NCBI GenBank assembly: GCA_963822945.1
Contig: CAWGJO010000012.1
Location: forward strand, 64,001-128,000
Source of the DNA: an uncultured Gemmatimonadaceae bacterium
Lineage (GTDB): Bacteria > Gemmatimonadota > Gemmatimonadetes > Gemmatimonadales > Gemmatimonadaceae
Reading direction: 5' to 3'
DNA length: 64,000 nucleotides
Shown: in pieces, positions 34,261 to 44,693 of the stretch
Layout of the letters: each line of letters starts with the position of its first letter
Numbering within the stretch: the stretch's first letter is position 1
The notes under the pieces: model-generated
What the model saw: the letters and a program-made list of their open reading frames with translations, nothing else
What the model was told of the DNA's origin: nothing
Database searches by the model: none
Translations under genes and position numbers: made by a program

Positions 34261-36501
34261 CCGGTACGCTCCACGCGTCGCCGTCGACCGCGACGCGCAG
34301 TGAGTGGCCGTCGGTGCTGACCACGACCGTCGACTGGAGGTCGGTGCGCAGGACGCGCGCGCCGGCCGCCGCCAGCCGCCGCACCAGCAATGTCCCGGGT
34401 TGGCCGTAGCGGTTGCCCGCCCCCACCGACACCAGCGCCACGCGCGGCGCGACGGCGGCGAGCAGCGCGGGCGGCGTGTCGGCATCGCGACCGTGGTTGC
34501 CGACCTTGAGGACATCCGCAGCCAGCGCCCCACGGTCGTGGACGAGAAGCCACCGGACGGCGGCATGGCTCGCATCTCCGATCAGCAGCATGCGCACGGC
34601 GCCCACGCGGATGCGGATGACGAGGCCTCCACCGCCCGCGCCGCGGCGGGTTCCCGCCCCCGCGGAGTCGGGGCCGAGAAAGGTGAGCGTCACCTCGTCC
34701 ACGACCAGCGAATCGCCGGCCTCCGCTCGCCGCCAAATGACTCCCGCGGCCCGCGCGGCCAACAGCGACGCGCGGTAGGCGTCGCCTCCTCGTGTGGCGG
34801 TGTTGTCGAGGAAGTATTTCGGCCGGAGTGCCTGAAGCACGCTCGCCGCGCCCCCGGCATGATCGGCGGCCGGACTGGTGAGCACGAAGGCCACGAGACC
34901 GCCGCCCCGCCGAGCGAGATACGGCACCACGGTCGACCGCCCGGCATCGCCACCCCGCCAGCGCGGACCGGCGTCCACCAGCACCCAATGCCCGCGCGCG
35001 GTGCGCAGCGCGATCGCGTCGCCCTGCCCCACGTCGATCATGTGCAATTCGGTTCGCCCGCTGCCGGCCGGCGCCACCGGAGTCCACACGAGGAGCGTCA
35101 ACGCGGCGGCGGCGAGCATGAGGGCGCGCCCCGGGAAGCGACTCACGCACGCGGCAACCAGCGCCGCCGCGAACACTCCCCCGAGCGCGACAGCGGCGGT
35201 GGAGGGCGCCACGGCAATCGACGCGCCCGGTACGGATGCCGCCGTCGCGGCCACGAAGCTGAACGCGCGGAGCAACGGGTGCGCCGCGTCGGCGAACCAC
35301 CGCGCCACGACGCCGACCGGTGACAGCGCGAGCGCCAGGAACATGATCGGCTGGGCAACCGCCATGATCGGCGCTGCAAGCACGTTTGTGATGGGACCGA
35401 TGAGGCTGAGCCGCCCGAAGTACCAGGCGACGAGCGGGGCGGTGACGGCGGCGGCCATCGTGGACGCCAGCGCCGTGCCGGCCACGCCCCGCGTCACGCC
35501 ACGGAGTCGCGCCATCAGGGGCCACCGCCCCGCCAGACGGGCGGCGCCGATCAGCGCGGCCACGCCGGCGACGCTCAACTGGTAGCCGACCGCGGTCACG
35601 GCGCGGGGGTCGACGAGCGGGATGGCCGCGCCGATGGCCAGCACCGCCCACGGCGACGTGGGTCGCTGCCACCATCGGGCGAGTGTCCAGACCCCGAGCA
35701 TCACGGCGGCGCGCAGCGCCGGCGGGGGTGCGCCGAGCATGGCCACGTAGGCCCCGATCACGACGAGCGTTGCGGCATTCGCCCGGCGGCGCGACAGCCG
35801 GAGGAGCTGGAAGACCAGATCCACCGCCACGGCGATGAGGGCCACGTGCAACCCGGAGATCGAGAGCATGTGCGACAGGCCCGCGGCCGCGTAGCGGTTG
35901 CGCAATTCGGCGGGCAGCGCCCCGCCGATCGGCCACCAGGAGGGCACGCGCCAGCGGCGCGTCGGCGCCGAAGAGCGAGTCCACCCGGCGTCCGGCTGCG
36001 GCCCGCCAGCGCGTGAGCACGGGCCCGGGGCGAACGTCACGCAGGACCGCATCCTGGATCAGCAGGCCGCGGGGCGTGGAGACCACCCGTCCCGACGCGA
36101 CCGCGGCGAACCCCGGACCGGCACTTCCCCGGGCGACCGCCAACGAGACGGCCACCGGACACGCCGCCGCACGGGCGCGGGCGAATGCACCGGGCGACGC
36201 CGCGGTCTGCAGCAGCACGGGCACGCCGCGCATGCGCCGCCAGCGCCCGGCGGCATGCCACGTCGGATCGGGCCGTGGCGCTTGCGAGGAGCGCGCCGCC
36301 ACACACGAGGAGCCCCAGCGCCGCCGGGATCGCCCGCTGGGTGTGCACGCTCCAGAGCACGCCGGCGATGGCGGCGAGGGCCGGCACCGCCACATGGCCG
36401 TTGAAGCCGAGCAGCAGCCCGGCAACGTAGGTGAGGACTCCGAGAGCCGAGAGCGGCATGGCGCGGCGAGACCAGGAGGTGCCGCCGCGGGCCGGAGCGA
36501 C

Positions 36502-36789
36502 CTAGGGTGCCGGCGTCCCCTCAGGCGGCAGGTCGTGCCGCGGCGAGGCTGCGACGCGGCGCATCGCGTCCATGACCTGCACGGCCAGTTCCGTGCGGCC
36601 CTGATCGCTGCGCAACGCCAGGTTGGCCAGCGCCCAGCCCTGGGCGGTGTTGGCGTATCGAGGACGAAGCTGGTTCAGCACGTACGTCGCAACGTCATCC
36701 GCGCATTGCGCGCAGGTACAATACGGCCCGCCCCGCTGGAGCAACTCGGCGTGGATCTCGCGCACGACCTCCTCCACGAGGTTCTTCAT
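36502..36789 (-). CDS. ComFB family (late competence development) protein
   Basis: MKNLVEEVV..CTCAQCADDVATYVLNQLRPRY..V..SPRH pattern. Confidence 0.85.
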   Translation of the reverse strand: MKNLVEEVVREIHAELLQRGGPYCTCAQCADDVATYVLNQLRPRYANTAQGWALANLALRSDQGRTELAVQVMDAMRRVAASPRHDLPPEGTPAP

Positions 36790-38129
36790 CCGGCCATGGG
36801 GAGCGGCGCGCGCTCGGGTACGATGGTTCCGGTGAACGTCGATCCGGTGGTGCCGGTGAGTTCGACGGTGAAGTACTGCCCCAGCTGCCGCTCGTCGCCG
36901 GGCACGAGGACGGTCTTGAAATCCCGCGTCCGCGCCTGCACCAGCCCCTCGCCGCGCCGCGCTTCCTTCTCCACCAGCACCTCCACGCGCCGCCCCAGCG
37001 ATCCGAGGTTCTGTGCGCGGGACCCGCCGCGCACGGTATCGACCAGCCGGGCCAGCCGCTCGGCCGCCGCCTCGTCGCTCACCGTATCGGCGCTCGGCAT
37101 GCGCGTGGCCGGTGTCCCCTCGCGTGGCGAGAACTTGAACGTGAACGCGTCGGCGAACCCGATCTCGCGCACGGCGCTGAGCGTCTCCTCGAAATCGGCT
37201 TCGGTCTCGCCGGGGAACCCGACGATGATGTCGGTGGTGAGGCTGAGCCCGGGAATCGCGGCCCGCAGCCGTGACACGCACTCGAAGTACCCCTCGCGCG
37301 TGTAACGCCGGAGCATGCGCTTGAGCACGCGCGAACTTCCCGACTGCATGGGAAGATGGACGTGCTCGCAAACCGTGGGAACGTCCGCCATCGCCTCGAT
37401 CACCCGGTTCGTGAAGTCGTTCGGGTGCGGGCTCGTGAAGCGGACGCGCCGGATCCCGGGCACGGCGCCAACGGCCCGGAGCAGATCGGCGAAGTCGTGC
37501 GTGCCGTCGTGGTACGAATTCACCGTCTGGCCCAGCAGCACCACCTCGGTCATGCCGTCGGCCGCGACGTCGGCCGTCTCGCGGACCACATCGGCCAGCG
37601 CGCGGCTGCGCTCCGAGCCGCGCGTCGTGGGCACGATGCAGTAGGTGCAGCGGTAGTCGCAGCCGCGCTGCACGGGGATCCACGCCTTGACCTTGTCGAA
37701 CCGGCGGGGCGTGAAGTCCTCGTAGTGCTCCTCGAGATCGAAGCTCGTGGCGACGGCCCGTTCACCACGCCGCGCCCCGTCCACGAGCGCCGGCAACGCG
37801 CGGTAGCCGTCGGGACCGATCACGAAGCTCACGTGGCGCGCAGAATCGAGCAGGCGGGGACCGAGGCGCTGCGCCATGCAGCCCGTGACGCCCACCACCG
37901 AGCCCGGCTTCATGTCACGCTTGAGTTCACCCAGCCGGCCGATCACCCGCTGCTCCGCATGATCGCGGATGGCGCAGGTATTCACGAGAATCACGTCGGC
38001 GCTCCGCGGATCGGGCGCCAGCGCGTACCCGCCCGCCACGAGCGATCCGAGCATGAGTTCGGAATCGCTCACGTTCATCTGGCACCCGTAGGTCTCGATG
38101 TAGACGGTGGGTTGCGTGGTGGCGGTCAT
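36786..38129 (-). CDS. miaB: tRNA-2-methylthio-N6-isopentenyladenosine synthase MiaB
   Basis: YIETYGCQMNVSDSE, NTCAIR, GCMAQ, CDYRCTYC radical SAM motif, FTSPHP, TRAM tail. Confidence 0.95.
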   Translation of the reverse strand: MTATTQPTVYIETYGCQMNVSDSELMLGSLVAGGYALAPDPRSADVILVNTCAIRDHAEQRVIGRLGELKRDMKPGSVVGVTGCMAQRLGPRLLDSARHVSFVIGPDGYRALPALVDGARRGERAVATSFDLEEHYEDFTPRRFDKVKAWIPVQRGCDYRCTYCIVPTTRGSERSRALADVVRETADVAADGMTEVVLLGQTVNSYHDGTHDFADLLRAVGAVPGIRRVRFTSPHPNDFTNRVIEAMADVPTVCEHVHLPMQSGSSRVLKRMLRRYTREGYFECVSRLRAAIPGLSLTTDIIVGFPGETEADFEETLSAVREIGFADAFTFKFSPREGTPATRMPSADTVSDEAAAERLARLVDTVRGGSRAQNLGSLGRRVEVLVEKEARRGEGLVQARTRDFKTVLVPGDERQLGQYFTVELTGTTGSTFTGTIVPERAPLPMAG

Positions 38130-38164
38130 GAATCCTGGCCGGGGTACACGACAAGATAGCGCCG

Positions 38165-39394
38165 TCACGCGGCGACGAGCGACCCGTCGGCGGCCGCCCG
38201 CAACTGGCCGACGAACCGGAGGCCGCGCGGCAACGCCGGATCGGCCAGACCGACGGTCAGGTAGTCCTCGGTCAGCCCGTGTCGGCTCGATCCGCGCCCG
38301 ACGACCACCACGTCGGCGGACGACCCCGTGCGCGTCGCCGCGTAGGCGTCTGCCTTCCGGTCGGCCAGCGCACGCAGCTCGGCGGCCCGCGTCCCGGCCA
38401 GACCGGGGCGCACGGGTTCCGGGAGATGTTCGGCCGGCGTGCCGGGCCGCGGCGAGAACGGAAAGACGTGCAGGTAGGTGAACGGCAGTTGCTCGCAGAG
38501 TGACAGCGTGTCGGCATGATCACGATCGGTCTCGCCGGGAAACCCGGCGATGACGTCCGCCCCGAGCCCGAACGCCGCGCATCGGGAGGCGATCCGCTCC
38601 ACGGCGCGCGCGTAGCCGGACGGGGTGTACCAGTGGCGCCCCATCCGCCGCAACAGACGGGCGGACCCCGATTGCAGCGGCGCGTGGAGGAACGGCGTGA
38701 GCCGCCCGTCGCCCGCCGTGAGCAACTCAGCCAGCCGGTCGTCCACCTCGGTGGCCTCCACCGAAGACAGTCGGAATCGCGCGCCCGAGACCTCCCGCGC
38801 GAGGCGTTCCACGAGCTGGCCGAGCGACGACCCGATATCGGCGCCGTAGCTGCCGATGTGGACGCCGGTGAGCACGATCTCGGGATGGTGCTCGGCCAGT
38901 GCGATGGCCTCCCGCACGATCTCCTCCTCGGAGCGGCTGCGATTGCCGCCGCGAGCCAGCCGGGTGGTGCAGAAGGTGCAGTGTTCGTCGCACCCATCCT
39001 GGATGCGGAGCAGGGCCCGCGTGCCCTGCTGCCGGCGGAGCGCCGGTGCGACGGCATCGATCCCGAGCGCCCGCGCCACGCCCGCCACGTCACCGCCCGC
39101 CACGACGTGCGCCACCGACGGCAGCGCGCGCAAGGCCGCCTCGCGATCCTCGAGCCCGGCCACGCACCCCATCACGACACTCCGCAATCCAGGGGCGCGA
39201 CGGGCCGCGCGCCGCACCGCGCCGCGCAGATCCGCCTCGGCGTTGGCCGTGACGGCGCAGGAGTTGAACACCGCGCAGTCGGCGAGCTCCGCCGATCGAA
39301 CGACGCGGTGTCCCGCCGCCGTGATCGCCGCGTGCAGCGCTTCGGTGTCGGCATGGTTGGCGCGACAGCCGAAGGTGCGCAGAAAGACGTTCAC
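38165..39394 (-). CDS. mtaB: tRNA methylthiotransferase, MtaB-like
   Basis: TFGCRAN, NSCAVT, IQDGCDEHCTFC, LHVFPFSPRPGT. Confidence 0.85.
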   Translation of the reverse strand: MNVFLRTFGCRANHADTEALHAAITAAGHRVVRSAELADCAVFNSCAVTANAEADLRGAVRRAARRAPGLRSVVMGCVAGLEDREAALRALPSVAHVVAGGDVAGVARALGIDAVAPALRRQQGTRALLRIQDGCDEHCTFCTTRLARGGNRSRSEEEIVREAIALAEHHPEIVLTGVHIGSYGADIGSSLGQLVERLAREVSGARFRLSSVEATEVDDRLAELLTAGDGRLTPFLHAPLQSGSARLLRRMGRHWYTPSGYARAVERIASRCAAFGLGADVIAGFPGETDRDHADTLSLCEQLPFTYLHVFPFSPRPGTPAEHLPEPVRPGLAGTRAAELRALADRKADAYAATRTGSSADVVVVGRGSSRHGLTEDYLTVGLADPALPRGLRFVGQLRAAADGSLVAA

Positions 39395-40593
39395 GCCGTC
39401 ACGCCGGGCGCGGCCGTCGGCGGCGTATTGCGCGGCGGCGGCTTGAGCGGGATGATGAAATGGAAGGCGCTCCCCTGCCCCGCGCCGGCACTCTGCACCC
39501 AGATCCGTCCGCCGTGGGCGCCCACGACCAGCTTGCAGAACGCCAGGCCGAGCCCCGACCCGCGCAGCCGCGGTGCGTTGGGCGTGTGCACCTGCTCGAA
39601 TTTCCGGAAGATGACCTCCTGATATTCCGGCGGGATGCCCGGGCCGTTGTCGGCCACCGTGAACAGCAGGCGGTCCCCGTCGCGCCGGACGCTCAGTTGG
39701 ATGGCCACGGGCTGCGACGAATGGGATATCGCGTTCTGCAGGAGATTGCCGAGCACGCGACGCAGCAGCGGCTTGTCGCCCTCGAAGATGGGCGAATCGT
39801 CCGCCACGTCGACGGTGGCGGTGGACTGCGCCTGCTGCAGGCGCGTGCTCCATTCGTACACCACCTCGTTGAGCAGGGCGGCGGGCGCGATGGGCTCGAG
39901 CTTGAGCGCCACCGTGGTCTCCTCGATCCGCCGGATCTCGAGCAGATCCTCGATCAGGGCCAGCAGGTCCTCCGCCTTCCCTTCCGATTCCAGCAGGGCA
40001 CGACGCTGGGCCTCGGTGAGCGGGCCGAAGTCCTCGTCGAGCAGCATCTCGAGGTTGGCGAGGACGCTGGTCAGCGGCGACTTGAGGTCGTGGACGATCA
40101 TCTTCATGAGATCGTCGCGCAGCTTCTCCAACTCGCGCATCTTGCGCGAACTCTCCTCGAGTGCATCCATCGCGCCCTTGAGCCGCAGCAGGCTGCGCAC
40201 ACGCGCGCCGAGCACCAGACGGTTGTGCGGCTTCGTGAGGAAGTCGTCGCCGCCCGCCTCGATGGCCTTCACGCGGTCGGTGGTATCGCTGAGCGCGGTG
40301 ACGAAGATGACGGGAACGCGCGCCGTGCGCGGATCGCGTTTGATACGCCGGCAGACCTCGAACCCGGTGCTGCGATCGTCACAGCCGAGATCGCCGGCCG
40401 GCATCGCGACATCCAGGATGCACAGGTCCGGACGGTGGTCGAAGGCCGCCTGAACGCTGGTGGGGCCGTCGGTAGCGGCGATGGCGCGGAACCCCAGCAC
40501 GTGCAACTGGTCGAACAGCAGTTCGACGTTGGCCTCGACGTCGTCGGCGACGAGGATCAGTGGCGCTTCGGCGGACGGGGTTCTCGTCTCCAC
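39391..40593 (-). CDS. Hybrid response regulator / sensor histidine kinase (REC-HisKA-HATPase)
   Basis: ILVADD..ILDVAMP..FLTKP; HDLKSPL; NLLQNAI, DNGPGI, GSGLGL. Confidence 0.93.
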   Translation of the reverse strand: METRTPSAEAPLILVADDVEANVELLFDQLHVLGFRAIAATDGPTSVQAAFDHRPDLCILDVAMPAGDLGCDDRSTGFEVCRRIKRDPRTARVPVIFVTALSDTTDRVKAIEAGGDDFLTKPHNRLVLGARVRSLLRLKGAMDALEESSRKMRELEKLRDDLMKMIVHDLKSPLTSVLANLEMLLDEDFGPLTEAQRRALLESEGKAEDLLALIEDLLEIRRIEETTVALKLEPIAPAALLNEVVYEWSTRLQQAQSTATVDVADDSPIFEGDKPLLRRVLGNLLQNAISHSSQPVAIQLSVRRDGDRLLFTVADNGPGIPPEYQEVIFRKFEQVHTPNAPRLRGSGLGLAFCKLVVGAHGGRIWVQSAGAGQGSAFHFIIPLKPPPRNTPPTAAPGVTA

Positions 40594-40602
40594 GGCGCGC
40601 CG

Positions 40603-41751
40603 TTACGGACGGATGGTGAAGCCCATACTCAGGGTCCACGCCTGTTCGGAGATCCCGATGCCGGCACTGCGCGATGCGTGCACGCCCGCGATATCGAACA
40701 GGGCATGCCCCTGGGCGAGTGTGATGCCCAGGCCGCCGGTGAACGAGGCCTCGTGCACCTGATGGCCGTCGGCCGGAAACGGCAGATTCCGCAGGCGCGT
40801 GCCGAGGCGAAGCGCGAGTGGATACCCGCCCACCCGCGGTCCGACGAATTCGGCGCCGAACGACGTGTCCCAGGAACTCTTGGCCGCGCCGGACGCTGAA
40901 TCCATGTTGCCGAGCGCCGACCAGCGGTCGTACGCCGTGCGGAACGCCAGCGTGGTGCCGCTGAACCCGTTGAAGGCGACGCCGAGACCGAAGCGATCGG
41001 GCACGCGCGCCGACTCGAGGAGCGTGTCGCCTATGCTCTGAGTGAGCTTGCCGCCGCGCCGGTACGAAAGCGCAATGCCGCCCAGCGACGGTTCGAGGAC
41101 CTCGATCCCGGCGGAAAGCGCATTGCCCGAGTAGGTGTTGGAGACGGTTTCGAGCGTGTTGCCGTACCGCACGGTGTCCTGGAACGTCCGCCGGATCTGC
41201 ACCACGTCACGGCCATTCACGGCGTGCATGGCCACGCCGGCGCGGAGCCAGGGGCGGAACTCGTACGCGACGGTGAACGCGAGGTCGTTCACCGAGCCGT
41301 CGCTCTTGGTGGTCGAATTGAACGCCACGCTATCCCCGCGAATCAGCTGATTCTGGGGAGTCGTCGTCTCCCAACTCCGGTCGAGCAGCGTGGCCGAGGA
41401 CGCGCCGAGCATCAGGTGGTCGCCGAAGGGCAGTGCCGCGACGAACACCGGGAAGCGCTGCGTGCTCGAGTTGGCGGACTTTCCGTTCTGGGTCACCTTC
41501 CGGAATTCGGGCTCCAGTTGCATGGAAAGCGCCGGGGCGCCGAACTCGATGATGGCCGCCGGATTGAGCGCCGACGTGGGGTCCATCTCCCCCAGCGCGC
41601 CTCCGGCGCCCAACGAGCGCGCGCTCAGCGCGCCCGGCGGATAGCCGAGGCCCTGGACGCTCAGATTGCCCTGGGCAAGGACCGCCGCCGGGAGGAGCAG
41701 CGCGAGCAGCGCCGCCGCCGCAAGGCGGGGCGCGAAGTGACGCGCGGTCAT
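40603..41751 (-). CDS. Exported hypothetical protein, probable outer-membrane beta-barrel
   Basis: Signal peptide (VLA-Q); ARSLGAGG..LNPA N-terminus reminiscent of FadL/PorV-type barrels; beta-strand periodicity. Confidence 0.7.
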   Translation of the reverse strand: MTARHFAPRLAAAALLALLLPAAVLAQGNLSVQGLGYPPGALSARSLGAGGALGEMDPTSALNPAAIIEFGAPALSMQLEPEFRKVTQNGKSANSSTQRFPVFVAALPFGDHLMLGASSATLLDRSWETTTPQNQLIRGDSVAFNSTTKSDGSVNDLAFTVAYEFRPWLRAGVAMHAVNGRDVVQIRRTFQDTVRYGNTLETVSNTYSGNALSAGIEVLEPSLGGIALSYRRGGKLTQSIGDTLLESARVPDRFGLGVAFNGFSGTTLAFRTAYDRWSALGNMDSASGAAKSSWDTSFGAEFVGPRVGGYPLALRLGTRLRNLPFPADGHQVHEASFTGGLGITLAQGHALFDIAGVHASRSAGIGISEQAWTLSMGFTIRP

Positions 41752-43058
41752 GGGGTGCCTCCCTTCGCGGTCGGGGGCGCGTAGGTGATCCGGATCTTGG
41801 GCCGCAGCGCCGCCGGTCCGCTCGACGGCGTGAACCAGAAGAGCTGGCCCGACGCACCCTCGAATTGCGTCCGGATGGCGAGCGCACGGGGGTCGGTGAC
41901 CGAGAGGTTCGCGCTCCAGGCGCGCACCAGCTGCACCATCTCGAACTGTCGCAGCCCGCTGTCGGCCGGCGTGAATCGCTCCAACGTGTCGAGCCCCACT
42001 CCACCGACGGAAGAGAGCAGCGTCAGCGCGCGCGACAGGTCGGTGACGGCCGATGAGGCGAGAACCGCCTGCGGCCAGACGGATGCCGTATCGTGCGCGT
42101 CCGGCGACACCGGATTCGGAATCTGATTCAACAGCAACGTCGCGCGAACGACGGTCGCGGAATCGACGATGCTCGGCGGCAGATCGAATCGCAGATACAC
42201 CCGGTGGCCGGGCAGCCCGCCGACGCTGAGCACTGAGGCGGTCGGATTCGACGTTCCCCGAACGACGATCAGGAAGTCCTGCAACCGGGAGATCAGCGGA
42301 TTGCCCACGGGCGTGAGCGACCGGGGCAGCACGTACAGCGGCTTCACCCCCGACGTGTCGCCGGGAGGTGCCGGCATGAACACGACCTCGGCCGGCCTGT
42401 AGCTGACGGTCGTCCCGACGCGCAGTTGGGCGCGGTTCGAGCCCGTTACCTGCACGCCCAGCCGCAGCCGCCGCTTGGCGGTGATGTAGGCGAGCAGCGA
42501 ATCGCTGGAAATCGGCACCCGCAGGCTGTCGGTGATCGAGTCGGGATCCACCGTCCTGGAGCCGAGCAGCCGGTCGGCGCTGAACAGCGGCGCGAGCTCG
42601 GCCACGGCCGTGTCGGTGGCGGAGCTGTCCGGGTTGCCGGTATCCACGTCGTACACGCTGATCGTCACCGGCGCTCCGGGACGCTTGGCGGTGGTGTCCA
42701 CGCGAAGCATCAGAAACGCGCTGTCCACCCCGACGATCGTGGTGTCGACCGGCGAATTCGTCCGCGTGAACGTCGTGGGCAGTGTGTCGAAGCGGAAGAT
42801 GGCCCGGGTGTCGATGGTATCGCCGCGGGTGGAGATCAGCAGGTACGGCTCCTGCCCGATGGACGGGAACCCCGACACCGACGAGTCGACCACGACCGCG
42901 TCGAGCGTGGTGTCGCGCAACGTGACCTCCTGCCCCGGACAGAGCACGGGACAGGCGACGTTCGAATCGAGGTTGTCGCTGCAGGCCACCGCAGCCGCGA
43001 CCCCGAGGGCCGCGACGACGAGCGCGATGCTTCGACTACGAGGCAGGAACACGAACAC
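41748..43058 (-). CDS. Hypothetical lipoprotein (start uncertain)
   Basis: Hydrophobic stretch with lipobox AVAC-SD; beta-rich; stop overlaps the next start. Confidence 0.7.
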   Translation of the reverse strand: MFVFLPRSRSIALVVAALGVAAAVACSDNLDSNVACPVLCPGQEVTLRDTTLDAVVVDSSVSGFPSIGQEPYLLISTRGDTIDTRAIFRFDTLPTTFTRTNSPVDTTIVGVDSAFLMLRVDTTAKRPGAPVTISVYDVDTGNPDSSATDTAVAELAPLFSADRLLGSRTVDPDSITDSLRVPISSDSLLAYITAKRRLRLGVQVTGSNRAQLRVGTTVSYRPAEVVFMPAPPGDTSGVKPLYVLPRSLTPVGNPLISRLQDFLIVVRGTSNPTASVLSVGGLPGHRVYLRFDLPPSIVDSATVVRATLLLNQIPNPVSPDAHDTASVWPQAVLASSAVTDLSRALTLLSSVGGVGLDTLERFTPADSGLRQFEMVQLVRAWSANLSVTDPRALAIRTQFEGASGQLFWFTPSSGPAALRPKIRITYAPPTAKGGTP

Positions 43059-43071
43059 CGTCCACGGGTGG

Positions 43072-43524
43072 CTAGTGACGACTGTGATCGAGCGAATGGG
43101 GCGTGAAGGCGTTGGGCAGCAGGTCGCCCAACGACCAGCGCGCCTCGTGTCCGCCACGCGTGACGCTCAACACCACCAGATCTGGGGAGAATTCCACGAG
43201 CGCCTGCCGACAGACGCCGCAGGGCGGCGTAGGCGCTTCGGCCTCGGTGGCGATGGCGATGGCGAGAAAATGCCGGTGACCCTGCGTCACGGCCGCGCCG
43301 AGGGCAACGCGTTCGGCACAGACCCCGGCGGGATACGAAGCGTTCTCCACGTTGCAGCCCACGGCAATCGAACCGTCGGCGGCGAGGAGCGCGGCTCCGA
43401 CGCGAAACCCCGAATACGGCGCGTACGCGGCGTCCATCGCGCCCGCGGCCCGCTCGCGCAGCTCGACGAGCGTCTCGACGACGAGCGCGGCCGGGTCCTG
43501 CGGCGTCGTGGTGCGAGCACTCAT
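43072..43524 (-). CDS. cdd: Cytidine deaminase
   Basis: AYAPYSGFRVGAA, GCNVENASY, CAER, PCGVCRQ. Confidence 0.95.
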   Translation of the reverse strand: MSARTTTPQDPAALVVETLVELRERAAGAMDAAYAPYSGFRVGAALLAADGSIAVGCNVENASYPAGVCAERVALGAAVTQGHRHFLAIAIATEAEAPTPPCGVCRQALVEFSPDLVVLSVTRGGHEARWSLGDLLPNAFTPHSLDHSRH

Positions 43525-44693
43525 TGCGCCACCAGCGCCGGCAGGAACGACGTCCCGCGCCCGCGGAATGCGAGCCCGAGCCATTCGGCCACCGTCGCGC
43601 CGAGATCGGAAAACGTGGTGCGACGCCCGAGGTCACGTGCCAGTACGCGGGGGCCACCGGCGAGCAACGGCACACACTCCCGTGCGTGATCGGTCGATGC
43701 CGTAGTGGGGTCGTTCCCGTGGTCAGCCGTGATGAACAGCAGGTCGTCCTCGCGGAGGGCAGACAATAACAGCGGCAGCGCCGCGTCGAACTGACGCAGC
43801 GCCCCATAGAACCCCGGAACGTCGTTCCGGTGCCCGAATTGCTGGTCGAAATCTAGTAGGTTGGCGAACAGGAACCCACCGGCAGCGGCCTGCAGCCATT
43901 CGCGGATCGCCACCAGCCCCTCGGCGTTGTCGGCGAAGTGTCGCGACGTGATGCCGCGCCCGGCGAACAGGTCGTCCACCTTCCCCACCCCGGCCGCCGG
44001 CACCCCGGCCGCCGCCAGCGCGTCGAGCAGGGTCTCGCCCGGCGGCGCGATGGAGAAGTCCCGACGGTGCGTGGTGCGCACGTAGCGCCCGGGCTCGCCC
44101 ACGAACGGCCGGGCGATCACTCGCGAGACGTCGTTCGGCGGCACGAGCATACGGCGCGCCGTCTCGCACCCGCGATACAACTCGTCGAGCGGGACCACCG
44201 CCTCGTGGGCGGCGATCTGGAAGACGGAGTCCGCCGACGTGTAAAGAATCCATTGACCGGTCCGCTGGTGCTCCGGACCGAAGCGCTCGATGATCTCCGT
44301 GCCGCTGCCCACGACATTGCCGATCACGCCGCGCCCCGTGCGTCGCGCGAACTCGTCCACCACCGACGCGGGGAATCCGTGGGGATACGTGGGAAAGGGC
44401 CGGGCGAGCTGCAGCCCGGCCAGCTCCCAGTGCCCCGTGGTGCTGTCCTTCCCCGCCGATTTCGGCTCCATGAGTCCCCACGCGCAGGTGGCATGCTCCG
44501 TGCGTTGGACACCGGCGAGCGGCGCGATGTTGCCGAGCCCCGCCGACTGGAGATTCGGCAGGTCGAAGCCGCCGGCGATGGCACGCGACAGATTGCCGAG
44601 GGTGTCGCTTCCGGTGTCGCCGTAGGCGGCCGCGTCGGGCGCCGCCCCGATCCCGACCCCGTCCAGCACGACGATCGCGGCCCGCCTGGTCAC
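43521..44693 (-). CDS. deoB: Phosphopentomutase
   Basis: IVVLDGVGIG, GKDSTTGHWE, YTSADSVFQIAAHE, GHRND, TADHGNDP. Confidence 0.95.
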   Translation of the reverse strand: MTRRAAIVVLDGVGIGAAPDAAAYGDTGSDTLGNLSRAIAGGFDLPNLQSAGLGNIAPLAGVQRTEHATCAWGLMEPKSAGKDSTTGHWELAGLQLARPFPTYPHGFPASVVDEFARRTGRGVIGNVVGSGTEIIERFGPEHQRTGQWILYTSADSVFQIAAHEAVVPLDELYRGCETARRMLVPPNDVSRVIARPFVGEPGRYVRTTHRRDFSIAPPGETLLDALAAAGVPAAGVGKVDDLFAGRGITSRHFADNAEGLVAIREWLQAAAGGFLFANLLDFDQQFGHRNDVPGFYGALRQFDAALPLLLSALREDDLLFITADHGNDPTTASTDHARECVPLLAGGPRVLARDLGRRTTFSDLGATVAEWLGLAFRGRGTSFLPALVAQ

